Shown one piece after another: positions 53,931-64,000 of a stretch of 64,000 nucleotides of DNA; positions within the stretch are counted from its first letter, which is position 1, and every line of letters begins with the position of its first letter. The position numbers were made by a program, and so were the translations under genes. Source of the DNA: Mytilus edulis (lineage: Eukaryota). Under the pieces are notes generated by a model that made no database searches, was not told where the DNA came from, and worked only from the letters and a program-made list of their open reading frames with translations. The stretch spans positions 64,170,001 to 64,234,000 of the forward strand of contig NC_092346.1 of the NCBI RefSeq assembly GCF_963676685.1, written 5' to 3'.

Positions 53931-54376
53931 TGTAGTTTGTCTTTAATTTGTTGCCATAACCATTTATTGTCAATGTGTTAGTGCTAATAAAGTTATCTTA
54001 TCTTATCTGTAACATTACACAATTATTCATGTATATCATTGCTGATCAATTTGAGCATGTTGATATAAAGCCCAATTGTTTCTTCAGCAAATCCAGGATA
54101 TCAGTCATAGAATTCCCTTTTAACCGATATTTATAATTGACTAGTAATATACATTGTTGTATATTGATATATCAGGAGAAAGCTAAGCATCAGGTGCCTT
54201 CCTGTTTTGTTATAAAGGGTTATAGTAGAGTTAATGAGCATTGATGAAGAAAACAAATCTTCTTTTGATGTTTTTATCTTTAAATATGATACACATAGAC
54301 CTCTCAATGTCTTCAGGTTTTTGTGTCATTGGATTGGTTTTTATTCTAACATACTTTTGATTTTTTAACCCTATAT

Positions 54377-54576
54377 GAGGGGGGATAGGACCTTTATCGG
54401 GACTCCGGGATCGGGTGTTTTTAAGCTCGGGATTTCTGGATTGACCCTTTCGGGATCCGGGATTTTTTTTTTCGACTTTCGGGACTTCTGGATTTCGTGT
54501 TTTTAAGTCCGGGATTTCGGAATCTCATGTTTTTAAGCCCGGGATTTTGGGATCAGGACCCCTCCTACCCCCTCTC
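54377..54576. mobile_element. MITE with GAGGGGG termini and CGGGAT internal repeats, flanked by CTATAT
   Basis: GAGGGGGGATAGGA...TCCTACCCCCTCTC; 6-bp duplication; inserted in another repeat (~54340-55050). Confidence 0.7.
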
Positions 54577-57032
54577 CTATATGCTAACATTGCCTATGTA
54601 TATTTTAAAATTGATTGTATGCACATTGAACGACAAATCTATGTGACGTATAAAATTTTCTGACGTCAGACACACAAATCAATGAATGTGTTTGTAGATA
54701 GATGTTTTTGTGTTCTGTTAAATTGTTCCTTTTAAAATTGTTATACGATGATGACTGATGTACCCATATTTTGACTATTTTATTTAATGTGTCTGTTTAG
54801 TTAACGCATCAATGTAAATATAACGGAATTTGATGAGACTGTCATCAAAGTGAGAGGGTTAGCGCTATAAAACCAGGTTTAATCCACCATTTTCTACATT
54901 TGATAATGTCTGTATCAAGTCAGGAATATAACAGTTCTTGTCCATTCAATTTTGATGCGTTTTGTTATTTGATTTTGCCATGTGATTATGGACTTTCCGA
55001 ATTGATTTTCCTCTAAGTTCAGTATTTTTGTGATTTTACTTTTTTTTTTGCACTATGTCAGAATTAGGTTTTTGGCCAAACTGTAAAAAGATATGAGTAT
55101 GGGATGAAATGTCTGGACAACTTTAATCTGTTTTAATAAAACAAGGTTTTATCTTAGGAATGTAAATATAAACAGGACCAATTTCCCGACCAAATATATT
55201 TTAATAGAACATGTCCTGTCGGTCCTGTGCTAATTTGGAGGATTGTATGAAAACGTATGAAATTAAACAAAATCTTTTTTTATTATTTCAATCCTTTTGG
55301 TATTGAAGTTTCAGACTTTTATTTTTAAAATAAGAAAAACAGGAATATCAAGCAATCATTATACACAGCTGTTATTTGTTATATTTAAAAAAAATTCAGA
55401 TGTATTCTTTCTTAAATTTGCTTTTCATTGACATAGCTGTCAATCTTATTGCTGACCTTTTGTATTGAATATTTGGATCAATAGTAATTTTGCTTCTGTA
55501 TCAATATTGTTTCCTTAGACAAATGTCTAGGACTCCATTATGATAGGATAATCACAACTCTGTCCATCATGAGCAGAATTGTGAAACGTCATATCTATGG
55601 AGGTGTCTAACAGACTTTATTGACTTTTTGCATTGATAATTCTCTTGTCAAACCTATTTGAAACACTTGATAACACACTGTAATGACAGAATATAAATAG
55701 ACCAATGGTGGAGGACAATAGGATTAATTCACTTGGGCGTATGGACATATTTAAGATCCGTTGGACAGGATGTAGCAGTTTTGGACTAATTAAGGAGTAG
55801 AATCTGGATGAAAATGATCAAGATAATAATGTGGTCAATATTTATCACATATAGGTCTTGGGGGGGAAAAAAACCAAAGGGACAGTTTTTTTCTACCCTC
55901 AAAATATTGATGTAAAAAAATTCCTACATTTTAGACAAAAGTACTTAAACATTTATTGATTGTTGTTGTTTCTCACCACTTTCAGCTCTATTTGTTTTTA
56001 TTAGCGAAGGAAGCCTGACTGTCTACCAGAAAACTGTCAATCCAACTCAACTAAGATTGGAGTCAAGCGCACCTGCAATGTGCAAGATTTCAAACTCACA
56101 ACCTCAGTGCTGACAGGCCACTCACAACCTCAGTGCTGACAGGCCAGTGATACACGAGTTACTACTTAGACTACTATGTCACTGATTACTAAAGAAGATG
56201 ATTATCTAATAGTTCAATGAGGTCCTGATGGAAGTGTTGGTCTATCTCAATTTACACTTTTATTTTTATGGCAATGGCATTTGGTGCTTCCTATGTCAAT
56301 CTTTTTGTCATATATCTCTATCTGAAATCAAACAGTTGTCTGGAATAATTCTGCAGATATTAGCCTGATTTTGGTATGTTGGGGTAAATTGATGACTTAC
56401 AGTCTTATTATGCTTCTTCCTGGTTGTCTGACTATGTCCTAGATGCATTTACAAAGTCTGGAATTTCCTAAATACATGTATTGTATTTTTTTGGCTTTTT
56501 GCTTGCAATGTCTTCAATAGAGAACTGTTTTTGTGGTAAATTAGTTTACAACATGTATAATGGTGTCAGATTAACAGATTGAGTTTTTTTTCTGTAATAC
56601 AGACTTTTCACGAAATTTGCATACACACACTTAAAGATGTATAGTTGAGTTTATGAAGACGAGATTTGTAAGGTCTTTGGTGTGATGAGGCCAATTTCTA
56701 TAATGAAAGATAAATAATTTAATGGTGCCCTTTTTTCAATGCCTATAACTATGTTTTGTTGCTTCTTTAAATTGTGGGGCTTTGGTGTTTGAGTGTTGGA
56801 AGTAGTTCATCTACTGAAACACTAGGCTGTCAAAACTGTGGTTGTCAGTTTGAACTGGTTATGTGGCAGGCAAGTTCAACTTTTATCCTTGAGTTGGATT
56901 CACAATTTTCCTGTAGAAAGTCAGTGGTTCTCTTTAGACACTCTGACTTCCTCCACCAATGAAAACTGACCACAATAATATAGCCAATAGGGAGGTGGCT
57001 TTAAACACCAACAATCAATCAATTATTTCTGG

Positions 57033-57494
57033 TTTCAAACATCATACAGAATAAGTGGATAGACCTTTCAAACATCATACAGAATAAGTGGATAGACCTA
57101 TCAAACATCATACAGAATAAGTGGATAGACCTTTCAAACATCATACAGAATAAGTGGATAGACCTTTCAAACATCATACAGAATAAGTGGATAGACCTTT
57201 CAAACATCATACAGAATAAGTCGATAGACCTTTCAAACATCATACAGAATAAGTCGATAGACCTTTCAAACATCATACAGAATAAGTCGATAGACCTTTC
57301 AAACATCATACAGAATAAGTCGATAGACCTTTCAAACATCATACAGAATAAGTGGATAGACCTTTCAAACATCATACAGAATAAGTCGATAGACCTTTCA
57401 AACATCATACAGAATAAGTGGATAGACCTTTCAAACATCATACAGAATAAGTCGATAGACCTTTCAAACATCATACAGAATAAGTCGATAGACC
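57033..57494. repeat. 33-bp minisatellite, 14 copies
   Basis: Unit TTTCAAACATCATACAGAATAAGT(G/C)GATAGACC; head-to-tail without spacers. Confidence 0.97.
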
Positions 57495-58670
57495 TTTCAC
57501 AGCCTATTTAATTTTATTGATTAGAGAGAGATTTTGTACCCCCTAAGATGTAATAACACTGTCATGCTGTAGTCCGAAAGTTCTAAGTTGAAGAAACCAA
57601 TATGATAAACCTGGTTGATGTTTTTATATAAATCTTATTGCGTATTTGTGTTATATGAATATGTTTGATTCCCTATAGAGTATGCAGTAACAAAAACTCA
57701 ATAAGATTCAGTGTAAATGAAATTAATTTTCTGTTCAATTTTTTTAAAATAGAAAGTAAATATGAAAATCTTTCAACATGATTTTAAATAATGTAATGGT
57801 AAGAGTTTGATTGTCCCTAAGTGAGGAGTCTGTGTGCGTCAGTTAAAATCATTTCTGTCAGCTCATACATTCTTTGTTCAAAAAAAAAGAGATTGAATTG
57901 ATTTTTTTTTGGTGTAATGCATTTTACTTGGTAACAAAGCAAATATATGTAAATATAAAATTGATGAAACTAGCATTGTAAATGCTATCATAGATAAATG
58001 AGAAATGTTACTCAAGGGTGCATCTTACACATATGCTTTGTTACATTTTCAGTTTTTAATCTGTTAACTGTCAGATACTTATTTTTATCTCAGGGTTTCA
58101 GGTGGATTTTTTCAAAGAATAAAGGGAGATGTGGAGTTAAATTCCATGAGACAATCATGCAACCATAAAAAATGAACAAACTATGAGCATAACTTTACTG
58201 ATACAAGTTTTTTTGTTGTAGAATAAATGAAATAAGTAGATGTGGTATGTTTGCCAATGAGACAACTATCCATTAATGTCCTAATGATATGGATTAAAAT
58301 AATTATAGGTCACTGTGCAGCCTCCAACAATGATCAAAACCCATACCGTATAGTCAGTCAGCTATAAAAGGCTTCAACATGACATAATGTAAAACAATTC
58401 AAATGAAAAAACAACTGTATTTTAAACTGCATGGTTTAAAACTTGCAACCACAGACTCTAAATTTAATGAAATCGTAAGTTTTTATTGGCCTACACATGG
58501 CTGAAAGCAATTTTTCAGGCTTAGGCTGGTGGGCCTGTGTTAAAACCATTCTAACTGCATGTAATATATATTTGTTATGACTTGTTCATGGCATATATAT
58601 TTACCATGGTAGTGGTATTTCATGTGTATATGTCTGACATGACTTGAGTATTGTTTTTTTTTCTTTTCAG

Positions 58671-58777
58671 TTGAGGCCCTACATTTGGCTTCATTAATGG
58701 CTGCTCATGGATATTTCTTCCCAATAGATGATCATGTTCTAACGGTAAAGAATGACAACACTTACTACAGATTTCAG
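58671..58777 (+). CDS. RGS7: R7-family RGS coding exon 4 (end of DEP domain); gene continues past the window
   Basis: Polypyrimidine tract, CAG|TT...TTTCAG|GTAATA; 107 nt. (V)[35 protein letters not shown] matches RGS7 [36 protein letters not shown]. Confidence 0.96.
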
Positions 58778-59774
58778 GTAATAAGATGTATAAAATTATG
58801 TGCATGTACTCCCATATTTGTTCTCATTCTAGAGACTAGACTAGCTACAGACAATATGGTTGATATTTTTTGTACCCGTTGAAGATTGATTTATCATACT
58901 ATACCATTATAGTCCATTTTTTTGTCCATCATGTCTTGCAGTAAAGTTTGCTTTTCAAGATTTTTATACAATATTTGGTTTATCAAAGACAAGCCTCTCT
59001 TTTTATTTTGAAGTTTTTGAAGTTCAGGAGTATTGAGACTATTGATTTCAAAATGATGATACCGTTAGTACAAAGATATAAGAAGATGTGGTATGAGTGC
59101 CAATGAGACAACTCTCCATCCAAGTCACTATTTGTAAAAGTAAACCATTATATGTGAAAGTACGGTCTGCAACACAGAACATTGGCTCACACCTAACAGC
59201 AAGCTTAATAAAGGTCCCGTCATAACTCAAATTGCAGAATTTTTTTTGTTGACCTCAAAATTCTTTTGATTTTAATTATCATAATCAATGTTATTTTAAA
59301 AGCATCCTGATGAATGTATTTTTTTTTCATTGTATGACATTTGATATTTTTAATGTTCAAATTCATCCTTCAGATATTTAGAAAAAAACAATGGATTATG
59401 TGCATTGAGAAATTGAAATGGCATACATGAACACTTTTAAATTGAAAGTTTATGATATGTTATTTCAGATGTTGAAATAAATATCAAATTAGGCATTTGG
59501 CGACAATTTTGTTAATGCTATTGTCATCATGGGGGCGTTATTAATCATAGTAATTGCCATTGTGCTGAATGATAATTAATAATAATGGAAAAAATAGAAT
59601 GCCCTTTCTGTAAATATAAATTATACATGTTATACATATATTTATTACAAGGAACATTAGAAAATTAACAAATATAATTAAAACCAGACTAAAATATATT
59701 TTTATTTATAAATGTCTGGATGTTGTCTGTAACAGACTTGAGTATCTAACTTTATGTTGAAATAGATATACATA

Positions 59775-60730
59775 TGTAAATGCTCTTTTGTTCCGACATT
59801 GGAAAGTTCCGGGCGGAAAGAACTTCCTCTGGTTTAAAAGTTCCACCGGAACAAAGTGACTAGTTGAAAAGTTCCAACGGAACATTTCAACTAGTTAGAA
59901 AGTTCCTTTTTGCAAAATTAGTCAAAACCGGAACTAACAAACTAGCCCAAAAGTTCCAATGGAACTTATTCACCAGGCAGAAAGTTCCATTTGGAGAATA
60001 AATGCAAAGTAAAAGCTCAACATATTTTATTTGAACTTTTCAAAGGGAAACCAAAATACTGATTACAAAAGTCAAAAGGAACTTATCAATTAGTCACAAA
60101 GTTTCTCTTCGGCAAATAAGTCAAAACCGGAACTAACAAACTAGCCCAAAAGTTCCAATGGAACTTATCAACCAGTCCCAAAGTTCCATTGGAGAATTGA
60201 TGCAAAGACCCACATGAGGGTACTATGAATACTAAATTTGTATGATAATGCAACTTATTCTGTTTTATATGAGCTATGAAATACAACTTAAATTTTGCTG
60301 GGGGAGTTTGTTCTTCCCCCTCAGTACATCATGTACATCAAAATTTAAATACATTTTCATTATTTCCCCAAATATAAAGTTCCATGCCACATTTTTCATA
60401 TTTGTCCTCAAAGAAACCCCTTTCAGTGTGTTGGGTATTCTTGTAAATTAATGATTTGCTCTTATATATACTGATACTCATTATTCCCCTTCTTTCTACA
60501 AAAAGGACGAAATATGGTATATTCAGAATGATGTAACTAGTTGTTCTGTTCCGCCAGAACTATTCAACTAGCTACATTGTTCCAGGACTTTTCAACTAGC
60601 TACCTTTTTCTGGAACTTTTCGACTGCACTCAGAATAAAACAACTAGTTGGAATGTTCCATCGGAAAGAAATAAATAGTTGAAAAGTTCTGCCGGAACAA
60701 AGTAACTGACGGAACATAGTGGCTGTTACA
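59775..60730. mobile_element. Ginger-like non-autonomous DNA transposon (TGT...ACA termini, 4-bp TSD CATA)
   Basis: TGTAA...GTTCCG / CGGAAC...TTACA termini, CATA on both sides, many AAAGTTCC/GGAAC subterminal repeats. Confidence 0.7.
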
Positions 60731-62291
60731 CATACATGTACACAAACAGGTATAATAGCTTGAAGCAGGAAGTCAATAGTTTTTTACCATTCACAAACAT
60801 TCTGTATGTGCCTGTCCAAAGTCAGAAGCCTGTAGTTCAGTGGTTGTCATTGGTTCATGTCTGTCATATTTGTTTTTTGTCAATTGTTTTTGTTATAAAT
60901 TAGGTCGTTCGTTTTCTCAATTGAATGTTTTCATATTTTTCATGTTGGTGCTTTTTATAGCCAACCATAAAGTATGGGTTTTTCCCATTGTTGAAGTTCA
61001 TATGGTTGCCTATAATTGTTTACATCCACTTTATTTGAACTTTGATTGATGGTTGTGTCATTGGCATTTCCCTATTTTTATATTAACCCTGCCACATTTT
61101 TTATGTGCCTGTCTGAAGCCAGGAACATGTAATTTAGAGGAACTTTTGTCCTTGATTTATGTCTGTCATATATTTTGTTTTTCATTAATTGTTTTGTTAT
61201 AAATCAGGATGACAATTTTTCATTTGCTCATTGTTGAAGATTGTACAGTGACCTACAGTTGCTTACATACACGTTATTTGTGTCAACATATATTTGTTCC
61301 GCCTAAAAGAAGTTCTAATGGAATCTTTGTTATAAACATATCACATCATATCACATTTTATTGTTATAAATAGTGGTTCTAATGTCTACTGAATTTGTAC
61401 ACCAGAGAGACAGATGCTGATTAAGTACTGATATATAAATTGTATATTTAGCCTGTGGAATTGTTTTGATATCCATATGAATTATTGCAATCTTTAGCTT
61501 GAGGGATGTTTTTGATGATTATTTATAATTATTAGTATTTAATGGAAATAATAGCAGTCCATGATGATTGATGATTGAATATTGATTTAAATATCAGATA
61601 TATATGTCAAATAAAATGTAGCAACTGATTTGCCAAGGACATCTGACATTTCTTCTTGAATCAGGTCCAAACAGATATAAAGTTATAATCCTTGTTTCTC
61701 AACTCTTCCATGATATATGTCCTAACATTCCTATGTATCATATTGAAGTTTTCAGTCTATATAATGACAATTACAAATGTAAAAGTATGATTTTGCTACC
61801 TATATATGCTAGTGAAGGATCCATTATTTTTCATAAGAGGGGGCCCACTGACTGCCTAACAGGGGGCTTGCTCCAGTCATGCTTCATTGATTCCCTATGT
61901 AATCAACCAATTTGTTTTCCACTAAAAGGGCCCCCACCTAAATGCATGACTTTGTCTAGTTAAAAGACCTGTCACCTTAACAAAATATTTCAGTTTAGTA
62001 TGTTAATTATCAAACATAGGTGAAGTAAACATATGTTTAATAATAAGGCAGCAGACAAGGGCATTCCTATAATCATGCAAGGGGCCTCAGTAGCTGAGTG
62101 GTTTAAGTAGTTACTACTGTAATTACTAGCCAGTCAGTGCTGTTTCACAAACCACACCTCTTTTGGGGAGATATTTGATATTCATATATATATTTTTTAT
62201 TTTTTTTTTACTTACACACCAGGTTTCCAGATATGTTCTCTATATTTCATTTCTATGTGAACTTTATCTGTACATTAATACACATGGATAG

Positions 62292-62449
62292 CAGTGGCGG
62301 ATCCAGGGGGGGGTTCCGGGGGTGCGCACCCCCTTTTATTTTTGCCGATCAATGCATTTGTATCGGGACATATGTTTTGCACCCCCCCCTTTGCCCTGGG
62401 TTCCCTGGGTTAGCACCCCCCCTTTCGAAAATTCCTGCATCCGCCCCTG
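62292..62449. mobile_element. hAT-like MITE with related TIRs, 5-bp TSD GATAG
   Basis: CAGTGGCGGATCCAGG...CCTGCATCCGCCCCTG flanked by GATAG. Confidence 0.85.
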
Positions 62450-64000
62450 GATAGCAACCAAATCTAATTCTGTAGGAGACCAAAAGTGAAGGGTCAGGGG
62501 TAGTACAGAATTTTAGTATAAGATTAAATTCTTAGAAGTTTGAGGCATAACATGTTCAAAATATGCAGCACAGTCCAATGCTTCACCTTTGAAAAGTAGT
62601 AGTGCATACCATGATATGAACTTTCCATTTAAGAATATAATTTTTTACGATTTTTATAGTAAAAGTGGCAGTTTTAGCTGTAAAAGGAGTTCCTATGAGA
62701 AATTGCATTGTCTATATTAACAGAAGTGCAATCTATGGGATACTAATTCGTTTAATTTAATGCTTTTCATGTGTGTGAGGTCTTTTAATTATATTTGTAG
62801 AGATAAGAAGAAGATGTTCTTTTATTTACAGTTAAAGAAATCCCTGTTAATCTTGATGGTTTACTTTCTCTTTAATGTTATGTAAAGGTATTTGGCTATA
62901 TCCATTAAAATACCAGAGGGATTACTTTATAAAATGCAATAATAGGATTATATGTTTCCATTGCATGTTCTATTTCCCATGGATGTATATCATATTAATA
63001 ATGTATATTGCATCATCTGTTTACTCTCCAGAAGGGAGTTAAGAGTTATATTACTGTTAATCTCAATCATGAGTAAGATTCTTTGGATTATTCCTATTTA
63101 CAAATCAGTGGGAGAGTATGTATACTACATCTAATATGGGAAGATTGTTTATTGAATTTATAGAAATCTGATAATATGTAGCCCATTTATTTTCCTGCAG
63201 ATCTGACACTGTAATTACTATCATATTCCCAAATTTCATTTTCCTTGTCAGATTCTGTAAGCTTGGATCTTATCCTAGCCCAGCTTGCTAGTTTATGTAT
63301 TATATATTTTATAAGATTTGAAAGGAATTTTTGCAAGAAAAATTGGAGAAAGGAAAAATTCTATTAGACGCTTAAGTAATGATATTAGTTTCAAAGGAAA
63401 ATTGATTTACATATCAGTTGACAATGGCATTTAGCTCTACTTTTATTTTGAATGAATGTATTGCTGTCTGTTTTTAAAAGAATGTAACTTTCTGGTATAA
63501 TTGCATTGTAAGCATTGACATACCGCATTAAGTTCATAGATGAAGTAAACCCTCTGTTTCACTTTGTAAAAATACAAGATTTATTGCATGTTGGGGAAGA
63601 CTTGCTGTTGTCAGTGACTACACAAAGGTTTTGTAAAGTGGTAAATTATTTCCATTTGATTCCAACTGTGTTTCTGTTACAGTTATACCAGAATCAATGC
63701 AATACACAGAATAACTACTCTTTGAAATTGAATAAGGAGAGAGAGAAAAAACAGTTTATGACAGAAAACTCTGAAAATTCATTTCAGATTTGCCACATTT
63801 ATATAGTTTTATCTCAGAGCGTTTTATACGTTAGAATCAGCCAGTTATTGTTCTAGAATTGTTTTTAGTGGAAGAAGACGTCAAGTCTTCTGAAGACTTA
63901 AGGGGCTGACCATTGGCATTGAGTCTCCGTATGCCGCATTCATTTCGTGTATTACAATTTCAAAACAACTTAGATTCCTGACACCGATTTTTACACATGA

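Larger units (their letters stand above)
46540..54008 (+). mobile_element. Fragmented non-LTR retrotransposon (LINE, probably CR1/L2 group) interrupted by three younger insertions
   Basis: ORF2 linker fragments at 46540-47187 (KSDPKSFWDLLNKL), RT ORF at 52721-53632, 3' tail AATAAAG(TTATC)n at ~53986-54008. Insertions at ~47001-47128, 47184-52667 and ~53600-53930. Confidence 0.85.

Noticed and set aside
57019-57494. CRISPR-like repeat array / 151-aa ORF
   Set aside because: Units are contiguous with no unique spacers, there are no cas genes, and the context is a eukaryotic intron. The ORF is just the translated minisatellite.
63515-63856. 113-aa ORF
   Set aside because: Non-ATG start, no recognisable motif or splice signals, intronic AT-rich composition.
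58778-64000. Next RGS exon (expected TPYFWPSN...)
   Set aside because: No matching peptide with splice sites was seen; it presumably lies beyond the window.

Overview
AT-rich eukaryotic (animal) genomic DNA. The repeat families and the CpG-poor gene bodies suggest a bivalve mollusc such as Mytilus; this is inference. Two spliced genes point away from each other. On the minus strand is the 5' part of an unidentified single-pass membrane protein gene (exons 15041-14858 and 4060-3920, plus a candidate alternative first exon at 8774-8726). On the plus strand are the first four coding exons of an R7-family RGS gene (RGS7/RGS6/EGL-10-like DEP domain; 24060-24206, 43631-43727, 44895-44945, 58671-58777), which continues beyond the window. 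Introns and intergenic DNA are full of nested mobile elements: hAT-like elements with 5-bp target-site duplications (TSDs), Mutator-, PIF/Harbinger-, Transib- and Ginger-like non-autonomous TIR elements, Helentron-type elements with satellite arrays, SINEs, LINE and Penelope remnants, and two minimal hammerhead-ribozyme elements. The most notable structure is a 5.5-kb DIRS1-type retroelement (47184-52667) inserted into a LINE. Its ITRs and ICR are essentially intact while its coding region is decayed, and it carries six double-hairpin units with compensatory base changes (51175-51992). No CRISPR array, rRNA or genuine tRNA gene was seen.
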